DNA of 64,000 nucleotides, taken from an uncultured Gemmatimonadales bacterium. GTDB taxonomy: Bacteria > Gemmatimonadota > Gemmatimonadetes > Longimicrobiales > RSA9. This document shows, piece after piece, positions 54,891-64,000 of the stretch. The position numbers and the translations under genes were made by a program. Location: assembly GCA_963708135.1 (NCBI GenBank), contig OY970192.1:2848001-2912000 (forward strand), in the 5' to 3' direction. The stretch's first letter is position 1. Every line of letters starts with the position of its first letter. The notes under the pieces are model-generated. The model saw only the letters and a program-made list of their open reading frames with translations. It had not been told where the DNA came from and ran no database searches.

Positions 54891-55211
54891 TCAGCCCGTC
54901 CTCGAGCCCGCGCCCAACCGCGAGACAGGGCGGGGTCGAACCGGCTCGACCTTCCTCGCCACCGCGCCGAGATCCGGCACGCCGTAGTACCTTACCGCCA
55001 GCGGCGTCCGCCGGTCCCGCCAGCGCTCGAGGTCCTCGTGGGAGGCGGCGCGCTTCCGGGTCACGAACAGGTACCCGTGGCCCTCGTCGTCCATGAGGCG
55101 GAACCGGTCCTCCTGCACGATGGTGATCCACCCGGCCACCTCGCCCGCGTGGGGCTGCGGCGGCGGTGGGACCGGCGGCCCATCGTAGCGCTTCCTGCTC
55201 CGTCGCCTCAT
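54891..55211 (-). CDS. Small hypothetical protein, last gene of the FDH operon
   Basis: ATG 3 nt after the NrfD stop; GWITIVQEDRFRL..G.LFV..DLERW..LAVRYYG.PD (beta-rich). Confidence 0.7.
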   Translation of the reverse strand: MRRRSRKRYDGPPVPPPPQPHAGEVAGWITIVQEDRFRLMDDEGHGYLFVTRKRAASHEDLERWRDRRTPLAVRYYGVPDLGAVARKVEPVRPRPVSRLGAGSRTG

Positions 55212-55214
55212 TGC

Positions 55215-56399
55215 TCAGCCCTCCTTCCGGGCGTCCGCGCCGCGATGCACGGCGGCGCCCCACGGCGCCCGGCGAGACGACGGCGCGCCGCCGCGCCCGG
55301 CGCGTGGCGGCGCGCCCCCCGCCCCGTCCTCCCCGCCGCCGGCATACGTCCAGGTGTCCGCGGGCGTGCGGGCGGAGCGCTCGCCCTCGTTGACCGTGAG
55401 GAAGCGAAGCGCCAGGCTGCCGGCCAGCGTCAGGCCCGCCGCGGCGAGCCCGAAGCCGCGCGCCCGCGCCGCCGGCTCTCCGCTCCCGGGCTCCCGCTCC
55501 ATCCGATCCGCCCGGCCGGCGGCCCATGCCTCGAGGCCCGCCAGCGCGACGGGCGCGAGCATGCCGGCCGCGAGCATGGCGAGCTCGGCCAGGCGCCGGG
55601 GCTTCGACGCCTGCGCGTGCGAGGGCAGGCGCGCCGCCACCCGGCGGTCGGCCAGGTGGAGGCCGGTCTCTGCGGCGGCGGCCACGGCGTGGGCGCGGGC
55701 CAGGCGGCGGACGGTGCGTGGCGCCGGGTCGTCCGCCAGGTAGAGCGCGGCGGTCACGGCGGCCAGCCCGCTGGACACCGCGGACGCCGCGAAGAGCGGG
55801 CTCAGCACGCCCGTGCGCGCGGCCCAGCTCGGCGTGGAGGTGGAGGAGAGCAGCACGCCGGTGTAGCTGCCCACGAAGAGCGCGGCCGGGAGCCCGGCCA
55901 GGTGCACGAGCCGGCCGAGCTGTCCGCGCGAGAGCCGGGCAAGGGCGGGGCGCTCGCCGAGCAGCCCGTCCTCCGCGCCCTGCAGCGCCGCGGCCATCCC
56001 GGAGTACGCACCGAACGTGGAGAGTCCCCACGCGCCCAGGCTCATCGCGGAGCGGGCCCGGAACACCCGCAGCATGTTGAGGAACCGCTCGGGGCGGCCC
56101 AGGTCCGCGATCAGGAGTCCCGTCCCGCCGGCGACGGAGGCGAGCGTGAGATACCGCCCCGCGCGCACCACGTCGCGGTCGTCCTCGCCCGCCAGATCTT
56201 CGGCGGTGGCGGCCAGCCACGCCCCGGCGGCGATGCCGCCGAGCCAGAAGTAGGTCGGGATGTAGGTGGCCTCGAAGGGCGCCGGCTTCACCGGCGGGAT
56301 GCCGTGGTAATCGCGGTGCGCGCCGTCCGCCAGCGGACCCTCGGTGGCCGGGTCGGTGACCTGCGCGTCGAGCGGTGCGCGCGGCGTCGCCTGCTTCAT
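55215..56399 (-). CDS. NrfD/PsrC family membrane anchor of formate dehydrogenase
   Basis: YHGIPPVKP..YFWLGG.AAG, LIADLGRPERFLNMLRVF..SAMSLGAW, YTGVLLS.T..P.W; ATGA overlap with the beta subunit. Confidence 0.9.
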   Translation of the reverse strand: MKQATPRAPLDAQVTDPATEGPLADGAHRDYHGIPPVKPAPFEATYIPTYFWLGGIAAGAWLAATAEDLAGEDDRDVVRAGRYLTLASVAGGTGLLIADLGRPERFLNMLRVFRARSAMSLGAWGLSTFGAYSGMAAALQGAEDGLLGERPALARLSRGQLGRLVHLAGLPAALFVGSYTGVLLSSTSTPSWAARTGVLSPLFAASAVSSGLAAVTAALYLADDPAPRTVRRLARAHAVAAAAETGLHLADRRVAARLPSHAQASKPRRLAELAMLAAGMLAPVALAGLEAWAAGRADRMEREPGSGEPAARARGFGLAAAGLTLAGSLALRFLTVNEGERSARTPADTWTYAGGGEDGAGGAPPRAGRGGAPSSRRAPWGAAVHRGADARKEG

Positions 56400-57577
56400 C
56401 CGTCCCTCCCCGAGTGGAAGGCGAGCATCGTGGTGGCGGTGAGCGCCGCGGCGGTGAGCAGGCCGGTCAGAAGCCCCTTCGGCGTGTGGCCGGACGGCCG
56501 CCTGGCGACCGGCGGCAGGTTGTAGACCTCGGGGCGGTCGACGAGCAGGAAGAAGCAGTTCAGGCCGCCCAGCTCCGAGGTGTCGCAGTGGTCCTCGAGC
56601 ACCTCGCCCGAGCCGTAGAGGTAGGCCGGGATGCCGCGCGCGCGAAGCTCCGCCACCCGCTCCCGCGCCCGCTCCAGCAGCTCGTCCACGGGGCCGAAGC
56701 GGATCGATTCCGTGGGGCACGCCTTGGCGCACGCGGGCTCGAGCCCGTCCTTCAGCCGGTCGTAGCAGAGCGTGCACTTGTGGGCCTTGCCGTCGCCCCG
56801 CTTGTCGACCTCGACCACGCCGAACGGACACGCCGACTGGCAGTAGCCGCAGCCGTTGCAGACGTCCTGCTGCACGTAGACGCTGTCGAACTCGGTGCGG
56901 ATGATGGAGCCGGTCGGGCACGCCTCCAGGCAGGGCGCGTTGACGCAATGCTTGCAGACATCCGACATGAGCAGCCACCGCGACGCCGGGTCCGCCCACT
57001 GCTCGCTCCCCGTGAAGTTGCCCCATGGCTCGAACTCGGCGGGAAGGTTCGCGCGGAGCGCCTCGACGGATTGGTTGCTGGCTGGAGCGCTCCGGCGGGT
57101 GGGCGCCCCTCCGCGGCGAGCAACGTCCTCGCGGCTGCGCCGCTCCGGTCGTCGAATCGCCGCTCCGGGGCGCCCGCCCGCCTCCGCTCCCGCCGCTCCC
57201 GCACCGTCGAACCGACCGGGCTCCATCTGCTCGATGAAGCGCACGTGTCGCCAGGTCGTCGCGGAGAAGCTCTTCGTGTTGTCGTAGGACAGGCCGGTGA
57301 GCTGCTGTGGCTCCGCCGGCAGCTGGTTCCATTGCTTGCACGCCACCTCGCACGCCTTGCAGCCGATGCAGATGGTCGTGTCCGTGAAGAAGCCGTACGC
57401 GCGCCCCGGCGTGATCCGTGTCCCCGCCGTGAGCTCCGCCTGCTGCGTGCCAGGTCCGGCCCCCCCCGGGGCCGAGGTCACCACGGTCGCGGCCGAAGCT
57501 GCCGCGCCCCTCACGCGCCGCTCCGTGACCCCCGGCTGCCGCCTCTCCCGCGCGATGAAGTCCTCGATCGGATTCAT
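56396..57577 (-). CDS. Formate dehydrogenase iron-sulfur (beta) subunit
   Basis: FTDTTICIGCKACEVACKQWN, CKHC..APCLEACPT, CNGCGYCQSACPFG, KCTLCYDR..PACAKACPT. Confidence 0.93.
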   Translation of the reverse strand: MNPIEDFIARERRQPGVTERRVRGAAASAATVVTSAPGGAGPGTQQAELTAGTRITPGRAYGFFTDTTICIGCKACEVACKQWNQLPAEPQQLTGLSYDNTKSFSATTWRHVRFIEQMEPGRFDGAGAAGAEAGGRPGAAIRRPERRSREDVARRGGAPTRRSAPASNQSVEALRANLPAEFEPWGNFTGSEQWADPASRWLLMSDVCKHCVNAPCLEACPTGSIIRTEFDSVYVQQDVCNGCGYCQSACPFGVVEVDKRGDGKAHKCTLCYDRLKDGLEPACAKACPTESIRFGPVDELLERARERVAELRARGIPAYLYGSGEVLEDHCDTSELGGLNCFFLLVDRPEVYNLPPVARRPSGHTPKGLLTGLLTAAALTATTMLAFHSGRDG

Positions 57578-60500
57578 GCCTCCCCCTCCCCCTCCCCTGC
57601 CCCGCCCCCGGCGCCGGTCCCGGCGGGACCCGGCTCGCCCGCCCGCCCTCGCAGCTTCGTCAACCTGCGGCCACGCTCCATCCGGCCCGTCTCCGCCTGG
57701 ATCCGCTCCATCTCCCCGCCCCCCCCGGAGCCCCGCACGCCTTGCGCTTGCACTTGCGCTTGCGCCCCCGCCAGGTGCCCCTCGCCGTGCCGCCCCGGCA
57801 GCAGATCGCACGTCGACACCTTGCCCTCATGGATTGTGACGTTCGGCTCGCCCACGATCGGCGTGACATCGTTGGCGCTGCCGCCCGTGGCCAGCCCCTC
57901 GTAGCCGAAGTGCCAGGGGAAGCCGACCTGGTGGATGCGCTTGCCGCCGACCTCGAGCGGCCGCAGCCGGCGCGTGACCAGCGCCCGCGCCTGGGCCCGG
58001 CCGCGGGCCGTCACCACCGTGACCCAGGCGCCCGGCTCGATTCCCTTCTCCGCGGCCAGCTCCTCGCTGATCTCGACGAACGCCGCCGGCTGGAGCTCCG
58101 CGAGCCAGCTGTTCCAGCGCGTCATGCCGCCGCCGGTATGGTGCTCCGTCAGGCGGTAGGTGGTCAGCACGTACGGGTAGTCGGGGTTGGCGATGCCGTG
58201 GTAGGGGTTCCCCTCGACCGGCCAGGTCTTGGTCATCGGGTTCCGCTCCTGGCGCGCGTAGATCGCGTTGTGGACGGGGCTCTCCCACGGCTCGTAGTGG
58301 GTGGGGATCGGCGCGTCCTTCATGCCGTAGGGGAAGAACAGGTAGGCCTTGCCGTGCGGCTTTAGCACGAACGGCGCGTCGCCGGCCAGCGCCTGCACGC
58401 CGCCCTTCGACCGGTCCTCCTCTGCCGTGGGCGGCTTGGACTTCGCGAAGTCCGGGTGGTCCTTGCCGACCCACTCCCCCTTCTCCTCGTCCCACCACAC
58501 GTACTTCTTCCGCTCCGACCACGGCCGGCCCTGCGGGTCCGCCGAGCAGCGGTTGTAGAGCATGCGCGTGTTGGCCGGCCAGGCGAATCCCCAGTTGGGC
58601 GCCACGTAGCCGTCACCTGGATCGCGCGAGGCCGCGCGGTTCTCGCCCGTGTGCACGCCGGAGTAGATCCAGCAGCCGCACGCGGTCGAGCCGTCGTCCT
58701 GGAGCGACTTGTAGGTGGTGAGCTGCGCGCGCCCATCCCACTCCGGCGCCCAGTGGAAGCCGTTCACCTCGCGCAGGATATAGTCGGTGTCGGGTTCGCG
58801 GTGCTTCCCCTTCCGCGGCCAGTCCCAGGTGAGCGCCCGGAGCCCGGCGTCGCGCGGGTCCGTGGAGGAGGCGACGTCGCCCTTCAGCCGCGTCGCCAGC
58901 CGGTCCATGAACCAGGTCTCCGAGCGCGCGTCGCCCGGCGGCTCGACCGCCTTGTGGTGCCACTGGATGAGGCGCTGCGTATTGGTGAACGAGCCGTCCT
59001 TCTCCGGCACCGTGGCGGCCGGGAGCAGGAAGACCTCCGTGCCGATGTCCTCGGTGCGCATGCGCCCGGCCTTCACCTCCGGCGAATCCTTCCAGAACGT
59101 TGCGCTCTCGATGGGGAAGAAGTCGCGGACCACGAGCCACTTCAGCTTCCCGAGCGCCTCGCGCTGGAAGCCGGCGTTCGGGCCACCCACCGCCGGGTTC
59201 TGTCCCATGAGGAAGAGCCCCTCGACCTCGCCCTCGTGCATCTTGACGAACATCGGCAGGTGCGAGTGGTCGCCCGTGATGCGCGGCAGCCACACGTACC
59301 CCCAGTCGTTCTCCGCCGTGGCGCTCTCGCCATACCACGCCCTGAGCAGCGACACCATGTACTTGCGCGTGTCCGCCCACAGCCCCTCCGCGCTCGACTC
59401 GTTGGCGACGAAGCTGTCCAGCGTCTCGTGCGCCTCCGTGTCGTCCGGCATCCGGAGGTAACCCGGGAGCAGGTCGTAGAGCGTCGGGATGTCGGTCGAG
59501 CCCTGGATGGTGGCGTGCCCGCGCAGCGCCTGTATGCCGCCACCCGGCCGGCCGATGTTGCCGAGCAGCAGCTGGAGCAGCGCCGCCGTCGCGATGATCT
59601 GCGGGCCCACCGTGTGGTGCGTCCAGCCCACCGCATAGGCGACGGCGCACGTGCGCTCCCGTCCCGAGTTGGCGAGCATCGTCTCCGCGATGTCGATGAA
59701 GCGGTGGGACGGGATGCCGGTGACCTCCTCGACCTTTTCGGGGGTATAGGCCTCGAAGTGCCGCTTCAGCACCTGGAGCACGCAGCGCGGGTGCTGGAGC
59801 GTCTCATCCTTCGGCGGCGGTCCTCCCTTGCTGTGGCCCGTGCGGGGCCCGAGGCCCTGGGGCCCGGAAACCTCGCTCACATCCTCCTCGCCGCCGTCCG
59901 GCGTGGACAGCACGCGCTCCTCGCCCTCGTACTGCCAGGTGCGGAAGTCGTAGCGCTGCTCCTCCTCGTTCCAGCCGGAGAAGAGGCCGCCGTTCTCGGC
60001 CGCATCCACGAAGTCCTCGTGGACGAGGTCGGCCGCGTTCGTGTAGTGGCCGACGTACTCCCGGAAGAAGGGGTCGGTGTTCCAGCGCTCGCTGGCGAGG
60101 ACGTAGCGGATCAGACCGCCCAGGAACGCGATGTCGGAGCCCGCGCGGATCTGCGCGTACTTCGTCGCCGTGGCGGAGGTGCGCGAGAAGCGCGGGTCCA
60201 CGTGGATCACCTGCGCGCCCCGCTCCCTGGCGCGCATGACGAAGCGGTACCCGACCGGATGGCACTCCGCGAAGTTGGAGCCCATGATCAGGATGCAGTC
60301 GGTGTTCTGCAGATCCATCAGGAAGGTCGTCGCCCCGCCGCGCCCCATCGGGATCCCCAGACCGGGGACCGTGGCGCTGTGTCATATGCGGGCCTGGTTC
60401 TCGACGAAGACGACCCCGGCTCCCACGCAGAACTTCTTGATGAGGTAGTTCTCCTCGTTGTCCAGCGCCGCACCGCCGAGGAAGCCGATCGCCTCCGTGT

Positions 60501-60957
60501 TGTTGACCGTGCGGCCGCGCTCGTCCTTCAGCCGGAACGTGCGCTCGCGCGTCTCGCGGAAGCGCTCGGCGATGCGGTCCGTCGCCCACTCGAGCTCGAC
60601 CTCCTCCCACTCGGTGCCATACGGCCGCCGGTAGAGCGCCTTCGTCAGCCGCTGCGGGTTCACGGTGTACTGGAAGGTGTCCGCGCCCTTCGGGCAGAGG
60701 GTGCCGCCGTTGATCGGGCTCGCCGGGTCGCCCTCGATGTCCACGATCTGGCCGTCCTTCGTGTGCACCAGCGTGCCGCAGCCGACGGCGCAGTACGGGC
60801 ACACACTCGCCGTGGTCTCGGCGTCGCGCAGGCGGGAGTGGAGCGCGCGGGTGCGCTCGCTGACCGCGGCGTCGCCGAGGCCGGACTGCTGGATCTCGCG
60901 GGTGACCGGCCAGCGCCCGAGCGCGCGGCCGAGGACGTGGAGTGTGCGTCGCTTCAT
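57574..60957 (-). CDS. fdnG: Formate dehydrogenase alpha subunit (FdnG/FdoG-like), selenocysteine at the in-frame UGA 60382-60384
   Basis: ORFs 60382..60957 and 57574..60348 share a frame. CPYCAVGC..LCPKG; NQARI-U-HSATVPGL matches the FDH-N Sec-His site; ALRGHATIQGSTD; TTYRLTEHH. Confidence 0.93.
60340..60381 (-). promoter_or_regulatory. Bacterial SECIS element
   Basis: UGA, then 11 nt, then GGUCCCC-GGUCU-GGGGAUC hairpin (60370-60352), with lower stem GCGCC/GGCGC. Confidence 0.85.
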
Positions 60958-61040
60958 GCCTCTCCCCCCGGTTCGTGAAACGCGCGGCGGGCGGCGTCCG
61001 CCCTCGAAGCGAACGCCGCCCGCCGCACCCCTTCGCCGGG

Positions 61041-61057
61041 AGCAAGAACCCCGCCAG
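61041..61057 (-). promoter_or_regulatory. Putative sigma54 promoter of the FDH operon
   Basis: CTGGCGGGGTTCTTGCT (TGGC-N7-TTGCT), about 85 nt upstream of the ATG. Confidence 0.6.
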
Positions 61058-61480
61058 CGTGGGGTCGGGCGAAGGTCCCCTCGGGGCCTTGCGGCGTGGC
61101 CGCGCCGCTGTCACGTTTGCGCCCGCCCATGCGTTTGTATCACGTCGGCAACGACCGTCCTCCGACCCGCACGTCGGTGGATGGCACGGCCGGACGGTCG
61201 TCACTGGACCGCGATACACCACCCAACCGGCCGCCCCCTTCGGCCGGCCCAATACGCTCGATCGACCGCGCCGACGACGGCGCGGCCTCATGCATTCACC
61301 GCTCGGGAGTCGCGCGGGCGGGGTCGCCGTGCACCACCGGCCGCAGCCGCGGAAGGGGAGCCGGCCACGCCCCGAGCCGCCGCCGGCAAGCATTTCGCCG
61401 GGGCGGCGGCGTGCTTCCGCGCGGAAGTCGCGGGGCCTCCGTGGGGGAGGCTCCAGGGATCCCCCCATCCAGGAGTGCAT

Positions 61481-64000
61481 ATGATCCCGAAGCTCCGCCC
61501 ATGGTGGCTCGCGGTCGTCGGCATCGTGCTGCCGGCCGCGGCACTCGCGCAGCAGCCGACCACGATCCACGGCAGGGTCGTGGACCAGACCGGCACCGGG
61601 CTGCCGGCCGTCAGCGTATACATCAAGGCGATGAACCTCGGCACGCTGACGGATGGGGACGGCCGCTACTCGCTGCTGGTGCCCGCGTCGCGGGCCACCG
61701 GGCAGGCCGTGGCGCTGACGGCGACGCGCATCGGGTTCAAGTCGCAGACGGTGAGCGTCGAGCTGTCGGGAGGGACCGTCACGCAGGACTTCGCGCTCGC
61801 CACGGATGTGCTCCAGCTGCAGGCGGTGGTCGCCACCGGCCAGGGCACGCAGACCACGCGCGAGAGACTCGCCTCGTCCGTAGCCACGGTGAAGTCCACC
61901 GACATCGTCCGCAGCAACGAGAGCAACGTCGTGGAGGCGCTCGCGGGCAAGGCGCCGGGCGTGCAGGTGACCAGCTCGGGCGGCGACCCGGGCGCAGGCT
62001 CCTACATCCAGATCCGCGGCGCCGCCTCGATCAGCGGCGGCACGCAGCCGCTCTTCGTGGTGGACGGCACCCCGATCGACAACTCGAGCGACCGGCTCGA
62101 CTCGAGCGTGGCCGGCACCGTGGTGACCAACCGCGCGGCCGACATCAACCCGAACGACATCGAGCGGGTCGAGATCCTGAAGGGCGCCGCGGCCACGGCC
62201 ATCTACGGCTCGCGCGCCGCGAACGGCGTGGTGCTGATCACGACCAAGTCGGGGGCGCCGAACACCAGCCGCGCCTCGCTGAACACCTCGTTCGGCGTGA
62301 ACCATGTGACGAACATCCCGGCGCTGAACACGGAGTACGGCCAGGGCTCGCACGGCTCCTTCAACTCCTCGTGCACGACGAGCTGCACGTCCTCCTCCTG
62401 GGGACCGCTGCTCGACGCCGGCACGCCGGTCTACGACCACGCGGGCGAGATCTATCAGGACGCTCAGATCTGGAACACGAACCTGTCGCTCTCCGGCGGC
62501 AGCGAGCGGACCGCCTATTACCTCTCCTTCGGCCGCGACGTGCAGCCCGGCATCATCAGGGGCCCGCAGGACTACAACAAGACGGAGGTCCGGCTCAAGG
62601 GCTCGCACTTCTTCCTCGATGACCTCCAGGCCACCGGCAACCTGGCCTACACCGCCAGCAGCGGCACCTTCGTCCAGCAGGGCTCCAACATCAGCGGCAT
62701 CCAGCTCGGCGCGCTGCGCACCCCGCCGGACTTCAACAACCTGCCCTACCTCGATCCGGCCACGGGGATCCAGCGGACCTACCGCGATCCGCACCCGGCC
62801 AGGCTGACGGAGTCGCACGGCTACGACAACCCGTTCTTCGTCGCCTACAAGGAGCCGACCACCTCCGACGTCGGGCGCTCCTTCGGCAACATCGGGCTGA
62901 ACTACACGCCCGCGACCTGGCTCAAGGTCAGCTACCTGCTCGGCGCCGACTACTCGAGCGATGACCGGGCCTCCATTTTCCCGAAGAGCTCCGACAACGC
63001 GCCGCAGGGCGAGATCCTGCGCTCCACCTTCATCCACAACATCTTCGACAGCAACCTGACCGCGACCGCCACCGGAAACCTGAGCTCCGGCGTCTCCGGC
63101 AGCCTCACGGTGGGGCAGAACCTCAACCAGGACATCTACCGCCGGAACGGCGTGACCGGCACGACCCTGATCACCGGCACGGAGGAGACCAACTTCGCCG
63201 TCAACAACACGGGCAACGAGTACAAGTACCGGATCCGCACCGACGGCTACTTCGCCACCGGGCAGCTCACGCTGGGAGACCAGCTGACCGTGAACGGCAC
63301 CGGCCGCTTCGACGGCTCCTCCACCTTCGGCGGCTCCGGCAAGCACTTCTTCTACCCGGGCGCCGGCGCGGCGTGGACCTTCACCCGCCTGCCGTTCTTC
63401 CAGGACAACCTCGGCTTCCTGAGCTTCGGCAAGCTGCGCACGTCCTGGGGCGTGGCGGGCCGGCAGCCACCGGTCTTCTCCAACGTGAACGCGTACACCA
63501 CCGGCAGTTTCGCCGATGGCTGGGTCAACAACGGGCTCTTCAGCCTCTACAACGGGCAGGAGGGCGTCTTCAGCCAGGGCACGCTCGGCAACCCCGACAT
63601 CAAGCCCGAGCGGCAGACCAGCTGGGAGGCCGGCGCGGACCTGGCCTTCTTCAACCAGAAGCTCGCCGCGTCCGTCACCTACTACCACAACAGCACGACC
63701 GACGCGATCCTGCGCGTGCCCGTGCCGCCCAGCACCGGCTACTTCTCGCAGTACCAGAACGCGGCCGCGTGGAACAACCACGGCTGGGAGGCGCAGGTCA
63801 ACTTCCAGGCCGTGCAGAAGAAGAACTTCTCGTGGAGCGTCGGGGCGCAGTGGTCCATGACGCGCAGCTGCGTGACGGACCTGAAGGGCGCGCAGTCAAT
63901 CGGGCTGAACGGCTTCGGCGGCGGCGAGATGCAGGCCGCGCTCGTGGCCCCCGACACCGTCAACGGCGCCATCAAGTGCCACCCGTTCGGCGTGCTGTAC
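61481..64000 (+). CDS. SusC/RagA family TonB-dependent outer membrane receptor (3'-truncated by the window)
   Basis: AGGAG RBS, signal peptide, GRVVDQTG..LP.VSV, PLFVVDGTPIDN, DINPNDIERVEILKGAAATAIYGSRAANGVVLITTK, NPDIKPE. Confidence 0.95.
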   Translation, partial: MIPKLRPWWLAVVGIVLPAAALAQQPTTIHGRVVDQTGTGLPAVSVYIKAMNLGTLTDGDGRYSLLVPASRATGQAVALTATRIGFKSQTVSVELSGGTVTQDFALATDVLQLQAVVATGQGTQTTRERLASSVATVKSTDIVRSNESNVVEALAGKAPGVQVTSSGGDPGAGSYIQIRGAASISGGTQPLFVVDGTPIDNSSDRLDSSVAGTVVTNRAADINPNDIERVEILKGAAATAIYGSRAANGVVLITTKSGAPNTSRASLNTSFGVNHVTNIPALNTEYGQGSHGSFNSSCTTSCTSSSWGPLLDAGTPVYDHAGEIYQDAQIWNTNLSLSGGSERTAYYLSFGRDVQPGIIRGPQDYNKTEVRLKGSHFFLDDLQATGNLAYTASSGTFVQQGSNISGIQLGALRTPPDFNNLPYLDPATGIQRTYRDPHPARLTESHGYDNPFFVAYKEPTTSDVGRSFGNIGLNYTPATWLKVSYLLGADYSSDDRASIFPKSSDNAPQGEILRSTFIHNIFDSNLTATATGNLSSGVSGSLTVGQNLNQDIYRRNGVTGTTLITGTEETNFAVNNTGNEYKYRIRTDGYFATGQLTLGDQLTVNGTGRFDGSSTFGGSGKHFFYPGAGAAWTFTRLPFFQDNLGFLSFGKLRTSWGVAGRQPPVFSNVNAYTTGSFADGWVNNGLFSLYNGQEGVFSQGTLGNPDIKPERQTSWEAGADLAFFNQKLAASVTYYHNSTTDAILRVPVPPSTGYFSQYQNAAAWNNHGWEAQVNFQAVQKKNFSWSVGAQWSMTRSCVTDLKGAQSIGLNGFGGGEMQAALVAPDTVNGAIKCHPFGVLY

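Noticed and set aside
60382..60957. Separate 191-aa gene or nonsense-truncated fdh
   Set aside because: The stop is at the Sec position, the frame continues, and a SECIS follows.
60958..61480. Moco/Wco or cobalamin riboswitch in the FDH-susC intergenic region
   Set aside because: GC-rich hairpins are present but I could not recognise the conserved motifs; an Rfam scan would be needed.

Overview
Very GC-rich bacterial chromosomal segment. The gene content (SusC/RagA TonB receptor, ADOP-type duplicated ABC permease, GWxTD protein, carboxypeptidase-regulatory-domain outer-membrane proteins, BNR/VPS10 propeller) suggests Gemmatimonadota; this is an inference. About 45 CDSs are supported: an amidase, two MscS channels, a TolC-MFP-RND pump with a two-component system and a PepSY protein, phhB, SPW-SPW-msrB, ftsH, cydAB, an IS1380 element splitting an outer-membrane beta-barrel gene, an M13 peptidase, nirK, vapBC, a MutS-V protein, argJ, acnA, a radical SAM/SPASM enzyme with SCO and CtaG, corA, a four-gene formate dehydrogenase operon, and a partial susC. 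Highlights: (1) the FDH alpha subunit has an in-frame UGA with a canonical SECIS 11 nt downstream (selenoprotein), no clear Tat peptide, an NrfD anchor and an unknown fourth gene; (2) four separate +1 frameshifts all fall at TCGA>T(C/T)GAA, probably a footprint of a host DNA-modification motif on base-calling; (3) sigma54-like -24/-12 motifs precede 6-7 stress or respiration genes; (4) several unexplained intergenic repeat elements, including a 280-bp structured tandem duplication, a 16-copy 14-mer array with combinatorial linkers, and a 62-bp-period palindrome array. No rRNA, tRNA, CRISPR or cas genes were recognised. Product calls come from motif recognition by eye, not database searches, and many start codons are estimates.
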